This document shows positions 11,446 to 23,737 of a stretch of DNA of 248,000 nt, in pieces. Under the pieces are notes generated by a model. That model saw only the letters and a program-made list of their open reading frames with translations, was not told the origin of the DNA and searched no databases. A program made the position numbers and the translations under genes. The stretch is from Andalucia godoyi And28 (lineage: Eukaryota > Protista > Jakobida), in NCBI GenBank assembly GCA_009859145.1, contig VRVR01000021.1:20001-268000 (forward strand), read 5' to 3'. Positions within the stretch are counted from its first letter, which is position 1. Each line of letters starts with the position of its first letter.

Positions 11446-13548
11446 CTATTCTTTCACATATTCCAAAACCAGAACGCTAGCAACCGATTCGCTCATCTTT
11501 GACGGGATATTAGAAAGTAGCATTACTGAGGAGCTGACGAGCCCCGAACATTGTCGAACGACGGGCATGTCGACAGCTTTGGAGAGACGAGCAAGTATCT
11601 CTCGGACCTTTTCTCGGAGTGTTCCGTTCAGGAGTCTATACAGTGATATGCTCACCAGGACGCACAACTCGGAAAACAGGCCAAGAAAGCAGTGGTTACG
11701 AGATGCCGGGCCTGTCTGCTGCACCAAAAACGAAAAGGAGTCCAGGATTTTCACAAGACGATGACACACGTCATCGGAAAGGTCGTCGAAATCAGCCAGC
11801 TTGCGGATCAAACTGGACGCAAACAAAAGGCGTGGAACAGAGTCCGAACCTCCAAGGCTCCCTAAGAAATCAAGGATAAAGTTCAAAGAGTCCTTGAAAA
11901 CTTGCTTTTCGCTTCTTTCCGCAACGTACCCGCCACAGACGCTCAAGCAGTCAAGAAGATGGTTCCCCAGCAATGGACTTTTGAAGGGCTTGGAGGCTAT
12001 ATCAACGATCATGTTGAAGGACTTACTCAACTGAGTAGACGGACTCTGCATACAAAACCACTCGACAAACGACAGTGAAACTTGGAACAAATGCTCCGGA
12101 ATATCAACATCCACGGCACTCGATGGAAAAACCACGCCCGAAACAGACCAATCCACCCACGCAGACGAAGTTTCAAAAATTCCAAACGGGATCATCATTG
12201 CACCCTGCACAACTCTCGCCACAAACGTGGAGTCAAACGATCCCGCAACCAAACCCCTTTCGATAAAACGTAAAATGCTTGGGTATACAAGAAAGGGAAA
12301 CGCTCTGCACACTTGGAAGATGTTCACCCACACTACCAACGAGGAAGACAGTGTTTGAAAGCAGGAATCATCCAAGCGAGTTAGAAGCGTAACGAAAGAA
12401 TGGGCAAAAATGTAATGTCGATTTAGAGGACAAGGCCAAAGACACCAATCGCTCGAATCGGAGCTCAAAATCAGCGAGCGAAACTCTTCTCCGGCAGCAG
12501 CCGCGAACTCATTGCACGCCATGGAAATCAGCGGCCACGTCTCGAGGGATTCGCAGGACTTAAGCCTGCTTCTGAAAGCGACAATAAAAGAGGTGATTTC
12601 TTCAATTGAATCTCCTTCTCGGAGTTTCTGGGATACGCAGGCTGACAGAAATTTGATACTGTCGAGAGCGATGGATTCGAGAACAATGGGCGTGAATGTG
12701 AACTTGGAAGCTTCTTTCTCGAAGCACGTCGCAACCTGACTCAGCGTCCGCAAGCTTTGTTCAATCACTGCAGTTTTCACGGCATCATCTTGATTCTCAA
12801 AGTAGCGTCTGCAGATAAAAAATGAGCGGTTCGTTCTATCTACCTTGTCCGCCACCGCAGCCGATAGCACATCCGCCGGAGTGTGCAAAATCGTCAAGTA
12901 GTCGCTGCTAGACGACACGCACTTTCTTCCAACGACGTCAAACCAGTCTATTGTCTTGGCGGTCGACGACAGGCCAGACAGAAATCCTTTTGATGACTGC
13001 GACTTTGCTGCAAACTCGTTTACATCGCGCATTGTTAGCAAAATATCCGAGATGCCGAACTTCCGTGGCGTATTCCCTTTGCCGAGTGGAATATCTGAAG
13101 AGTTCTGATTGGATGCGATCGTCAGTCCGCGATAGAGCAATCCGCAGAGCAATCCTGCACGCGATGCATCATTGAGCCACTCAGCGCAGCAGCTGATCAA
13201 CAGCGATCTCCACGTTGGATGATACACTTCTGTTCGCAGCGACACATCCCCATCAAACACTCCGGGTGAAATTCTGTGAATGGCAAGAAGATCCTTCAAC
13301 GCGCCCAGAAAATCACGACTTGCCGATTTCGATCTGGGCTGCTCCGCAACGACCCGCGACGACGCCTCGACGCTCTTCACCAACTCCGACGACGGAATAA
13401 ACTCCAGGGACTCCCACGGCTTCTGCAACTGATAAGAAAGTACCTTGCCTTGTGACATGCTTGCTCGACAACTGGCTTTGTGTGCAGTCCTATCATTCAC
13501 AGGCTGGCAGTGGAAAAAAAGAAGCCAAAAAAGAAAGGGAAAAGGCAA
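11446..13548 (-). CDS. Hypothetical helical (ARM/HEAT-like) protein
   Basis: 700-aa ORF with protein-like composition; no family recognised. Confidence 0.5.
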   Translation of the reverse strand: MPFPFLFWLLFFHCQPVNDRTAHKASCRASMSQGKVLSYQLQKPWESLEFIPSSELVKSVEASSRVVAEQPRSKSASRDFLGALKDLLAIHRISPGVFDGDVSLRTEVYHPTWRSLLISCCAEWLNDASRAGLLCGLLYRGLTIASNQNSSDIPLGKGNTPRKFGISDILLTMRDVNEFAAKSQSSKGFLSGLSSTAKTIDWFDVVGRKCVSSSSDYLTILHTPADVLSAAVADKVDRTNRSFFICRRYFENQDDAVKTAVIEQSLRTLSQVATCFEKEASKFTFTPIVLESIALDSIKFLSACVSQKLREGDSIEEITSFIVAFRSRLKSCESLETWPLISMACNEFAAAAGEEFRSLILSSDSSDWCLWPCPLNRHYIFAHSFVTLLTRLDDSCFQTLSSSLVVWVNIFQVCRAFPFLVYPSILRFIERGLVAGSFDSTFVARVVQGAMMIPFGIFETSSAWVDWSVSGVVFPSSAVDVDIPEHLFQVSLSFVEWFCMQSPSTQLSKSFNMIVDIASKPFKSPLLGNHLLDCLSVCGGYVAERSEKQVFKDSLNFILDFLGSLGGSDSVPRLLFASSLIRKLADFDDLSDDVCHRLVKILDSFSFLVQQTGPASRNHCFLGLFSELCVLVSISLYRLLNGTLREKVREILARLSKAVDMPVVRQCSGLVSSSVMLLSNIPSKMSESVASVLVLEYVKE

Positions 13549-13657
13549 TGTTAAATTTAAAATGTAAATATTTATTAAAAAAACAGTCTACATGAACGGA
13601 GGGGCAGAACCTGCATGTGTCCAATGCTTTGGGCCGGAGGAGATGAGGACACACCGC

Positions 13658-13910
13658 TGCCACTAATTGCGATATGATGAAGCAATCTAAAGCGCACGTA
13701 AAAACAAAAAAACACTGCCACACGCCATGCGCATGCGTTTGCTATCTAAGCACCTCCGTCACACGATGCCCGATTCGTTTCGCCCCATTTTGATCATGAA
13801 ATCCCTATAAACACGCCGCCGCGTTGCATTATGCATGTTGTTGGGTTGCAGCATTGATTATGGGTGATCAGCGATGATTATACGTGGTTAGTGCACAATG
13901 TAGGCGTCAC
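13658..13910 (-). repeat. Dispersed repeat family B, copy
   Basis: Reverse complement of 40693-40960 (acgcctacattgt.cactaaccacg.ataa.catcgctgatcacccataatcaatgctgcaacccaacaacatgca). Confidence 0.85.
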
Positions 13911-14049
13911 ACGACTCATGAATCGGCTCTGCGGGGAGCTGAGGAAACCTGGAAGAGGACGAATATTTTTTTTATTGAACATGACGCAAACAAACTCCAA
14001 ACGCGGGACGTATAATAGAATAAACAAAAACGAAGACAAGTACAAGAAC

Positions 14050-16207
14050 TCAAATACCGGTTCCGAAAACACCAGCTCCAGGACGAGTTGGCCTAATTGA
14101 CGAGGGAACTTGATATGCGCCAGGGCCGGGAGTGTCGGACGATGGGATGATACCGCCTTCTTTGGGCTTGCCAGTAATACTGAATGCAGGGGTTCCATGC
14201 TTCTTGTACTCTCCAGAATACGCACCAGGCCCCGGAGTGTCCTTGGAGCCCACGTTCATGGGATCGCCAAACTTCATCCTCCCCGAAATACTGAAGGCAG
14301 GGGAAGATGAGCGAGGACGAGCATCGTATGCACCAGGACCTGGAGAGTCTGACTTGTCCCCAAGTGCACCCCCCGTCTTTGGCTTTCCAGAAATCGAATA
14401 CGACGGAGGCGAGTTCTTCCGGAATGCAGCAGCGTCGTAGGCACCAGGTCCAGGAGTGTCCTTCGATCCAACATTCAGCGGCGATCCGAAATTCGTGCGC
14501 CCAGAAATAGAAGCAGCAATATTGGATCTCGGCCGATCCGCATTGTACGAACCCGGACCCGGCGTGTCATTTCCTCCAAAAATCCCTCCCTTGTCCGTCC
14601 GACCTGCAATCGAGTACGCAGGAGGAGACTTCCGGGAATCCTTCGGCTGGTAGGCGCCAGGCCCCGGGGAGTTTTCAGATGCAGTCCCCAACGGATCTCC
14701 AAACTTGTTTCTTCCAGAAATCGAATACGCCGGAGATGAGCCAGGGCGTCCAGGCGAGTACGCACCCGGGCCCGGAACATCCTTCACAGTCGATAGCGCC
14801 CCACCAGATTTCGGTTTCCCGGTGATGGTGAACGCTTTTCCAGTCTCCTTTCGTTGCGGAGAATAAGCCAGAGGACCTGGCGAATCACCAAGCGCCGTCA
14901 AAGGATCACCGAACTTCATCCTCCCCGAAATACTGAATGAAGGAGATGCAGATCTGGGCTGAGCATTGTATGAACCAGGACCCGGAACATCCTTAGCAGG
15001 AGAGTCCAATGCTGATCCTTTGGGCTTTCCAGAAATCGAATACGACGGAGGCGAGTTCTTCCGGAATGCAGCAGCGTCGTAGGCACCAGGTCCAGGAGTG
15101 TCCTTCGATCCAACATTCAGCGGCGATCCGAAATTCGTGCGCCCAGAAATAGAAGCAGCAATATTGGATCTCGGCCGATCCGCATTGTACGAACCCGGAC
15201 CCGGCGTGTCATTTCCTCCAAAAATCCCTCCCTTGTCCGTCCGACCTGCAATCGAGTACGCAGGAGGAGACTTCCGGGAATCCTTCGGCTGGTAGGCGCC
15301 AGGCCCCGGGGAGTTTTCAGATGCAGTCCCCAACGGATCTCCAAACTTGTTTCTTCCAGAAATCGAATACGCCGGAGATGAGCCAGGGCGTCCAGGCGAG
15401 TACGCACCCGGGCCCGGAACATCCTTCACAGTCGATAGCGCCCCACCAGATTTCGGTTTTCCAAGAATGGTGTATGATTTCGAGACATTTGTTTTCTGTG
15501 GTGAGTATGCCAACGGTCCTGGAGAGTCCCCAAGCGCTGTCAACGGATCACCGAATTTGTTCCGTCCAGAAATAGAAGATGCCGGCGAATCCTTTCCCAA
15601 TCCACGAGAGTAATTGTAGGAGCCCTGAAAAAAACAGAAAAAAGAAGAAAACAGACGCAAGTTTGAAGAACATGTGAGTATAGACTATATAAAACGCTAA
15701 AATGCTGGAATGCTGCCAGAATGAACAATAATAACAACAACACCAGTAAAAATGAATAAAACAACAAGGAGGGATATTGGTAGAACATACGGGTCCAGGA
15801 ACATCCTTTGACGGTGAATCAAGAGCAGAACCCTTTGACTTTCCAGAAATCGTGTATGACGGTGGCGACGCCTTTCGGAACTGAGACACATCGTAAGATC
15901 CTGGTCCAGGAACCGATGCACTCCCGGTATCCAAAGGAGACCCAAACTTGTTTCTCCCGGACATCGAAAACGACGGTGATTTTGAACGGTTATCCGGATT
16001 ATACGCACCTGGACCAGGGTTCTCCTTTGACGCAGTTTCCAACGAGGATTTCCCGCGCGATCCAAAAGAGTACTTTGGAGCAGCCGTCTTTGTCCGCGAG
16101 AAATCTGGCGAATACGACGGTCCCGGAGACTCCACCTTGCCTTCCATCGGTAACGGTCTTCCCACATGTTTGCGTTCCTTGACAGGAGATACCGGAGATG
16201 CAGTCAT
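14050..16207 (-). CDS. ODF3/SHIPPO-repeat (PGPG) axonemal protein; spliced
   Basis: Many xPGPGxY repeats across ORFs 15548-16207 and 14050-15660, joined by an AT-rich intron at about 15626-15793. A further upstream exon is possible. Confidence 0.85.
14243..15530. repeat. Intragenic tandem duplication, 642-bp unit
   Basis: Identical off-frame ORFs offset by exactly 642 nt (14456/15098 and 14475/15117). Confidence 0.9.
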
Positions 16208-16858
16208 CTACAAATCAATCAACGAAAACCAAACCAATCAGCCAACCAACCCGCACACAAGCAAACAAATAACGGACACAAGTTCAAAACTAAACAAGAA
16301 ACACAAAAAAAGAAGAAGAAGAATAACAAGAATAGCACAAAGAATTGTAAAAGAAATGTATGAATAAAAAATACATATACATACTTTAAAATAATAAAAT
16401 TTAAAAGAAAGACGAAAGGATGCGCTACTTTGGAGATCGGCAGATCGCGTCAGAGTGAGCAGGCACGGTTGTTCTCTCTCTCTCTCTCTCTCCCTCTCTC
16501 TCTTTCTCTCAGCACAGAAAAAAGATGGGTATGAAAACGGGAGAGTTCCCCGACTTTCCCAGAGCTGCGGTTGGAATGCTTTTGGCATCAAGCACCAACT
16601 CAATTGGGAGTTTGACAAGGACGCAGTTGACAGTACGACAGGCAACGCGCCACATGAAATCACAACAGATTACTCGCACTCGGTGCGGGATCACGCCGAA
16701 CGACTCGAAAGCCCGAAACCAGTCACAAGGATAATACAACGACGAAAAGAATAGCAGCATTATGAACATCAAGAAGAAAAAAAGAAGTATTTATTATCTA
16801 AAGGTTTTATAAAATAAATAATAGCAAAAGACAAAAAGAAAAAAAGGTAAAAATATTA

Positions 16859-17818
16859 TTATTGGGGGAAAAAGTAAATTTGCTCATCGTCGTCAATGGG
16901 TGGCTTTCCAGTAAAGGTCGCTCGATAATTGTAAATGAGTGCATCTTGTTCGGCTTCAAAGCTTGGGAATGTGTGAGAGGATTTTCTTGCTTCTGAGACC
17001 AGGTACTGGGCAATGGCTTGCATAATCCTGACGTCTTTTGCGGAATGGTCGATCTGTTCATCAGATGCCCATTCGTAGACAGATCTTTCCGGATGCCACT
17101 GCAGGCCCGTGAAAGGATACTGGTACGACTCCCAGCCCGAGACAAATGTCCTCCCCAATCGATCCGTCGACGTTGATATCCACTGGAAGAAAAACTTCAG
17201 CGGATACTTTTCATTCATGTACGCGTCCTGAAACGAGATTCCGTAATGATGGTAGTTGTCAGTGGCATTCGCGGACGCCAAATAGGCAAGCTCGCCCGAT
17301 GTCAGCAATGAGAAAAGACGAGCGTTGTATGATGGATTGAGCTGCAGGGACAGCGAGATGTTTTCTGCATCGAAGGACGACAGGATCGACACATCTCCGC
17401 CGCTCAGAATGACACCTTCGAGTTCAAATCCGAGGCACGTTCCATGAATTGGAAAGTAGTCGCCATTATCATTTGCATCCTTTGCCCAGTTCCACAACTT
17501 TGTCGTTGTCTGGGCATACAAGGTGTGGTTGATGATATCGGCGCCGCCGGGAAACACCAGCCCATTGATGGCCTTGAACAGATACTGGAGCTCCGAATCC
17601 GAAGCATCAAATGGAACTGGAACGACGCGGGCGCCCGCTGCCTCCAGCCACTTCACGTAGTCCGCATTCACAAAGGACGACCCGTAAGGTGTCCATGAAT
17701 CCGGGCTGGGCTCCGTCATGATCCCAAAGATCGGGCGAGGATTGTTCACGGCTTGAGACAGCGACACCGGAATCACCAGAAACATGCACAGTACGTGCAC
17801 GAGAACCAAAATGCCCAT
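16859..17818 (-). CDS. GGH: Gamma-glutamyl hydrolase (peptidase C26)
   Basis: RPIFGI, YVKWLEAAGARVVP, GTCLGFE and QWHPE motifs; signal peptide. Confidence 0.93.
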   Translation of the reverse strand: MGILVLVHVLCMFLVIPVSLSQAVNNPRPIFGIMTEPSPDSWTPYGSSFVNADYVKWLEAAGARVVPVPFDASDSELQYLFKAINGLVFPGGADIINHTLYAQTTTKLWNWAKDANDNGDYFPIHGTCLGFELEGVILSGGDVSILSSFDAENISLSLQLNPSYNARLFSLLTSGELAYLASANATDNYHHYGISFQDAYMNEKYPLKFFFQWISTSTDRLGRTFVSGWESYQYPFTGLQWHPERSVYEWASDEQIDHSAKDVRIMQAIAQYLVSEARKSSHTFPSFEAEQDALIYNYRATFTGKPPIDDDEQIYFFPQ

Positions 17819-17835
17819 GGTTGCCTTTTTTTTTC

Positions 17836-17872
<37 letters not shown>

Positions 17873-18309
17873 ACTCCCTCTGTGGAAACGAGGTTGATCC
17901 TCCTACCGCCTGGCAATCAGTAAACACTACACAGAACTGACGAGTCGAGGAAAAAATTCGTTGTTGCTGCTCGGGTCTCGCCAATCTCCGGAGCTTTTTA
18001 ATCCTTCAATTTGTGCTGGGTGCATGACACATCACGCAGCCTAGTGCATTCATCAAATGCGCAAGTGTGCTGCGATTACAGTAAGCGTGGTGGACCTGCG
18101 GGCTTTGGGAATCGGAATAGAGGGCGTGCTTTTCTCTGTGTGTGTGTGTGTGTGTGTGTGTGCGTTCGTTTCCCTCTTCTTTTCTTGTTCTTTTTCTTTT
18201 TGGGGGGTCGTGGCCGTTGGCGTGTTCGTCGTCACATACAAAGATCCGACTCTGCTTGAAGAATGGTCGACGAGGTCACTCTCAAGCCTAGGACGATTAT
18301 TATTTTTTT

Positions 18310-20448
18310 TTGCAGATGAAGAAAGCAGGACGAAGCGCATTCGAGGCAAAGTACGAGTACGAGATGTGTGCCTACATGCAGAATCCGCGAGTACGAGATC
18401 GGGTGGACCGCGTGCTGCAAGATCATCTCTCAGACCGCTCGATTCGAACCTCGCTGCTGATTGAACAAGCGTCGTGGAATCCCCCGCGGGAATCAAAGCA
18501 TTATACGTACGTGAACTGGGATGATGCTGGTGCTGCTGGTTCTTCTGCGAACGCAGAGTCTCCGCGAAACAGGCTGTCTTCCAAGGCAAGGGTGCAGCCG
18601 ACGGCGCCGTGTCCAATTTCGTCATTCACGGTACTGTCGTTGCTGTGGAATCAAAGAATCACTTCCATCAGGCTGGTGTTTGTGGATGCCAATCCAAGAA
18701 ACGAAGAGGAGCGCGGTGTGTGGAGTGACTTTTGGAGTGCCGTCTTCGAATACGCTTCATCTCTCCGGGAAATCGTGTTGGAGAGAAACCGCATGCGTCC
18801 AGACAGCTTGCCATTCTTACCTCGACTGCTGCTTGAAAACCACTCGATAGAAAGCATATGCATCCGAGATAACTTCATTCCTCCAATTCACACATGCGCA
18901 TCCTACTCCGGTTCAGAAGCAGTCGAAAAAATAGACGACATGCGTCATCCTTCTCCTGTATGCTTCGTGTGGAGCCAACTATTGTCGCGTCCGCTGAGTC
19001 CGATTACGAGGCTGAATCTCGATGAATGCGGCTTGGATTCGGACTGCGTCATCCTGCTTGCAAAGGCTTTCTCCAAGGCTGATGGAGGCATTTTGCAACA
19101 CCTGTCGCTGCGCACCAACCTGTTTAGTCGTGAAGCATTTCTCCAATTAGTATCGTCTCTGAAAGCGTCGTCCACGCTTGTCTCTCTGGACGTTTCGTCG
19201 TGCTCTGCAATGGGAAGGTCATCGACGCCGCTTTGTGGCTGGGCGTCTGCGTTTTCCAAATGGGTATGTGATTCGCCGAGCCTCCGAGTCGTCAAGCTCG
19301 CAAACTGTTTCATAAGCCCCGATCACGGTCTGGCCCTTGTGCAGGGTCTCCCGAACTGCCTCTGCAGGAGTTTTTGTTTGGACTTAACCAACAACGGGCT
19401 GTCTGTTTCTTACCAATTCTTAGTTGGACTGAATGACTATGTTTCCTCCAAATCCCCCCTCCATGACGTGCTCCTCTTTCACGATCCGTCGCACGCATCC
19501 GACAACACCCGTACAATGACCCAGTCGTCGAGTTTTGATGAATTGCGAAGCGATGTTATTGGTGAGTTCGACAAGGGTTTGCAAGTTGCGTCGGCTTGTA
19601 GCGATGCTGCCGTTTATGAAATTCGACAAAACTATGTACATCTCTGTGCAGCAACCGCGGATGCTCAAGGAGAATTTCTTGCGTTCTGGCTCCCACTGTT
19701 TCACAAGAGAATGGGGTGGGAATTTTCGATCGCGGACAACCAGGTGGAATTCCGCTCTCGCACCGTTTCCTCCTACAAGTTGTCCGTCCCAAGAACACTA
19801 AAGGCATTCATGACGGGGTTTCTCGATGCTACTGACGCGTGCGCGAATTCGTGCCAGTCTTTATTTGGCGCGTGGGTTCGCAGAGGAGGATGCGCATTTT
19901 TTCCATCCGTCCTGAAATCCTTGACGGAGGCGACGGCCTTTTCCTGCGAACGACTGGTGTCCGGAGCGCTATTCCCCCGTCCATCCTCTCAATTGATCCA
20001 AATATACCATTGCCAGACTGGATCCATGTTCTCCGCGCACCGATGTGTGCTTGAAGTTTCTCCGTTTTTTAGGGGCCTTCTTGCAAGTTCGGCGGCGGGG
20101 TTTGAAGAAGCCCGCGAGCTGTCTCAAAATGGCCGTATCGTTTTGCATTTTGAGAATCTGCCAGCAGTCTTTCCATGCATTTTGTGTTTTCTGTACTTTG
20201 GAATCCCTCATTTCTTGGAGGCTTCGAATGCGCTGCAGGTGCTCGAGTTCGCTCACTTGTTCGACTTGCGTGGCCTTGTAACGCAGGCCGAGGCATTCAT
20301 TATTGGGAGGATGGGAGACTTTGATTGTGCAGAATTGGAACGAACCGCTGTGATGTACGGTCTGCGCGTTCTCCAAACGAAAGCACACGCTGTGCAGGCT
20401 CACAATGCAAGAGTGAAGCGCTTTCCCTTTAGTCGGTCAGTGTCTTGA
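18310..20448 (+). CDS. LRR (RNI-like) plus C-terminal BTB/POZ domain protein
   Basis: LxxLxL repeats; C-terminal FSAHRCVLE.SPFF..L BTB motif. Confidence 0.7.
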   Translation: MQMKKAGRSAFEAKYEYEMCAYMQNPRVRDRVDRVLQDHLSDRSIRTSLLIEQASWNPPRESKHYTYVNWDDAGAAGSSANAESPRNRLSSKARVQPTAPCPISSFTVLSLLWNQRITSIRLVFVDANPRNEEERGVWSDFWSAVFEYASSLREIVLERNRMRPDSLPFLPRLLLENHSIESICIRDNFIPPIHTCASYSGSEAVEKIDDMRHPSPVCFVWSQLLSRPLSPITRLNLDECGLDSDCVILLAKAFSKADGGILQHLSLRTNLFSREAFLQLVSSLKASSTLVSLDVSSCSAMGRSSTPLCGWASAFSKWVCDSPSLRVVKLANCFISPDHGLALVQGLPNCLCRSFCLDLTNNGLSVSYQFLVGLNDYVSSKSPLHDVLLFHDPSHASDNTRTMTQSSSFDELRSDVIGEFDKGLQVASACSDAAVYEIRQNYVHLCAATADAQGEFLAFWLPLFHKRMGWEFSIADNQVEFRSRTVSSYKLSVPRTLKAFMTGFLDATDACANSCQSLFGAWVRRGGCAFFPSVLKSLTEATAFSCERLVSGALFPRPSSQLIQIYHCQTGSMFSAHRCVLEVSPFFRGLLASSAAGFEEARELSQNGRIVLHFENLPAVFPCILCFLYFGIPHFLEASNALQVLEFAHLFDLRGLVTQAEAFIIGRMGDFDCAELERTAVMYGLRVLQTKAHAVQAHNARVKRFPFSRSVS

Positions 20449-20651
20449 TTCCCCCGGTCAAACAGAAGGAGTTCCGTCACTCGACACGATAGTTTGTGGC
20501 GGAGGTCGTTTTAGCATTTTAAATATTAAATGTTTTGGTTTAAATTTAAAAACATAAAAAACAGTTTTAAAAAAAAGTATGAGGACAAACACGAAGCAAA
20601 ACGAAAAGGTGCGTCAGTACCCCAATTTTCAGGTATCGAACAGGGCCGGTA

Positions 20652-22541
20652 TCAAACGGCTTTTTCACTCCCAGCTTTGGCACTGGTAACGCCGTCCTTG
20701 TGCGAAGTCTGCCTGGAGCTCCGTGAATGCTTTTCACGAAAATACGCAAATCGATATCTTACCGAAGCACGATCTGCAAGCGTTAAGAGCTTGGCGTCGG
20801 CGACTTTTTGAATCGTTTTGAAACCGTCAGAAGGGACGCTTGCTGTAGCTTCCGCCGTCCACATGCTTATTCGATCATCATCTCCTGGAAGACAAGCGAG
20901 ACAAGACACAACGAGATCCGCATTGTTTCTGCGGCAAACAACTCCAGAACCCATGTGAATCATGTGATTGTCCAGGTGCAACATCTCCGGTATCTTGTCT
21001 GGTAAATTGAGCCCAAGCTTCGAGCCCACGGTCCTGCGATTTCGACTCATGAAGAACAGGAAACGAACGAAAAGCAGCGGGACGGATGGCTGCACGCAAT
21101 CCAGAGACACCACGCAGGGGAAGTGATTCCCAGAGCACAAGTCTGCAAACGACGGGAGGTTTGGAAAATGCATCCGGAGAAATGAACAAAATATCACGTA
21201 CAAGAGAGGCTCCAGTGCCCCGGGACCCTGCGGGAAAAGCGTGCTCGCGAGGAAATTATACAAGACTTCCGATTGCGGAAATGAGCTTTGCATTCCTGTC
21301 CAAAGGGCGCTGAGTAAGAACGAGTCAAACGGCCGACGATGCGGCTGCGATGCCATAACCGACGCGCGGGCATCCGAGACACACATCATGGAGAGAGCAA
21401 AGAGGCACGCGGAAACGTGCTTGTGTGCTGGATCGCAGGGAATAAACAAGTCCAAATCATAACCATGTCTCTCACTTCCTAATGAGAAAGCGCGGTAGAA
21501 CTGGAATTGGATTGGAGGGAACGAGAGTCCCTCGATCGATCGTGCGGCATTGTCAAACGTGTCGATGGGGTCCTCAATCCATATCAGCCTGTCTGCGAAA
21601 TGCAGCTCTTGCGCCGGTAGATGCTCTTGAGCTAAGACGTCCTTGTATGTTTGCGCAATGTCTTTTCGTAAAACAGGAGTTTGAACACGAATTGACACGG
21701 CCCGCGTCGAATAGTCGAAGTCGTTTGCAAAGAATGCGAAGAATCCGTACAGCAGTGCATCGACTGTCAGGTCGTTCTTCGACTTCCATGTCCGAATGAC
21801 AGACAGGGCTTGGGAAGGGAAAAGATAACTCGACAAGTGGTTAACGTCTGGGAAGTCCTTGCAGGTCATCTTCATGTGTCCTGCAGCAGCGGCCCACAGA
21901 CGCCCTCGCTCCACGTTCAGTTCAAGCACAGGAATAACCTCTTGTTGTTGAAGATAGAACAGCAGCATCAAGATGAGCGAGTATGAATTGAAATAGCCTG
22001 TTGAAGACACAATTCCTCTCCGTTTTCCCCAATGCTTCACAAGCAGGCCTAGAGGCCGAACTCTGGGGTCCATACGCGAATATGTCGACAACAGCTCCGA
22101 GTTCAGCAGCACTTTGGGATTCGCACCGAACGACAGGTCGCATTGTAACGGCAAGCGACTATCAGCGGTCTTGACGAGGACTGCAAACTTGACAAGAGGC
22201 ACGCGAGCATGCAGGATGTCTATAACACGACCAATGGATACCAACCGGTTCTTCGGAGACCGTGCCGCATTCCGCAGGCATCGGAGAACCCGTTCGGGCG
22301 ACACCGCCGGATTCAAGTACATCATATCAATGTCGAATGCGCCGTGTGTGCAGAACCCATTTGAAAAGGACCCGAATATATGCAGCGGAACACTCTCGAC
22401 GGTGTCTCCAGGCGACCCAAAGCAGTCCAGCAGCAGTGCCTTCAGCTCCGTCAAAACAGCCGACACAGCAGCCCAGTCCGCACTCGACAACTTGAATGTC
22501 TCCACCAAGCTCGACAAGCATTCACGACAGTCTTGCTGCAT
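20652..22541 (-). CDS. Cid1/TUTase-family non-canonical nucleotidyltransferase
   Basis: FGSFSNGF...DID, ARVPLVKF, CDLSF, VKHWGKRRG, SYSLILM and WIEDP motifs. Confidence 0.88.
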   Translation of the reverse strand: MQQDCRECLSSLVETFKLSSADWAAVSAVLTELKALLLDCFGSPGDTVESVPLHIFGSFSNGFCTHGAFDIDMMYLNPAVSPERVLRCLRNAARSPKNRLVSIGRVIDILHARVPLVKFAVLVKTADSRLPLQCDLSFGANPKVLLNSELLSTYSRMDPRVRPLGLLVKHWGKRRGIVSSTGYFNSYSLILMLLFYLQQQEVIPVLELNVERGRLWAAAAGHMKMTCKDFPDVNHLSSYLFPSQALSVIRTWKSKNDLTVDALLYGFFAFFANDFDYSTRAVSIRVQTPVLRKDIAQTYKDVLAQEHLPAQELHFADRLIWIEDPIDTFDNAARSIEGLSFPPIQFQFYRAFSLGSERHGYDLDLFIPCDPAHKHVSACLFALSMMCVSDARASVMASQPHRRPFDSFLLSALWTGMQSSFPQSEVLYNFLASTLFPQGPGALEPLLYVIFCSFLRMHFPNLPSFADLCSGNHFPCVVSLDCVQPSVPLLFVRFLFFMSRNRRTVGSKLGLNLPDKIPEMLHLDNHMIHMGSGVVCRRNNADLVVSCLACLPGDDDRISMWTAEATASVPSDGFKTIQKVADAKLLTLADRASVRYRFAYFREKHSRSSRQTSHKDGVTSAKAGSEKAV

Positions 22542-23737
22542 ACTAGTGTTTCTTGCTCTATCGACACCGTATCAGCGTCGTTCCGATTCCTCAGCGCTTC
22601 ATTCCTTCATAGTACGTGACCTCGTTCCGTAAATCTGCAAGCCGCAAGCCACACAGCGAGCCCCTCAGTACCGCAGAGTACTGTAGTAGAACGAGCGACG
22701 GCTGCCCCCCTGCTGCTGTCTCACGTGAGCCTTGGAACGCGAGCAAGACGGGCGAAGCATGCCTGCTGTAAAAAACAAAACCCGATCTGTCTAGGATGTG
22801 TGCTTGTGTGTGTCCAAAGCGGGTCAGGCGACGCCACAAAGAACAGAGTGTTTGCGTTTTTTCGAGTTCTTGGGAATTGGTGTACTACCACGTCGCCCAG
22901 AAATTAAATTAAAATAATAGTTAATAAATAAATAAAGGGACGTGCGGGTGTGGGATACATGCAAGCAAGCAATTCATTTTCTTTTTCCGTATATTTTTTC
23001 TCTTGTGGTTTTTTGGGTTTTTGGTTTTTGGGTGGTTTGGTCTCAAAGAATTTAAAAAAGTAGTGTGTGGCTGCATCAGAAAGACTAATCAATTCTGTCC
23101 TCATGTGTTTTCAGACTAACAGGAAATCTTGTACATCATGTGCAACAAGAAATGAAAAAAGGAATGGAATAAGGAACGGAGTCGCGCGAAAAAGACAAAA
23201 CATCTGAATGCTCGAGAAAATAGGGCTAAGCTGCAGCGTCTAACGTGCAATCTCGTTGTCAGGAAACGTTTTACAACAGCTGCACAGATTATTCCAAAAG
23301 AGAAAGTCGTCGCTGACGGGTGCGGAATACTCTTCGGGAAAAGGCGAATACGCTGCTTCGAAACAACTCTGCTTTAGGTGCCTATCAAACGTTGGAGTCC
23401 TCAATGACGTCTTAACATACATCATCCAGAACACGCGTGGGTGGCTTGCTCGTAGTTGATCCGCCGCTTGCCAGTCAAATCCATCCCCCCGACGTCTGCG
23501 AATTTCGGAAATAGATTGTGAACAATGCGTCATATGCAAAATAATAAGCATGGGTGATATTTGCAACCAAATTTTTTTTTTAAAATTGAAGGGGGGAAAC
23601 GACGTCTGAAATACAACCAATAAAAATCATTTTTCCATTCTGCAAGCATTGATGAACTGCTGTCCGAGAGCTCGTGAGGGCAGGAATCCCCGTCGCCGCA
23701 GATACGATTTCTGCAGGGATTATTTATTTATTTTATT

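Noticed and set aside
14243-15530. CRISPR-like regularly spaced repeats
   Set aside because: These are coding PGPG repeats in an open frame; there are no unique spacers or cas genes.
8086-22541. DIS3 plus TUTase as a linked uridylation-decay module
   Set aside because: They are 10 kb apart with four genes between, and the nuclease has a Dis3/Rrp44-type N-terminus rather than Dis3L2.
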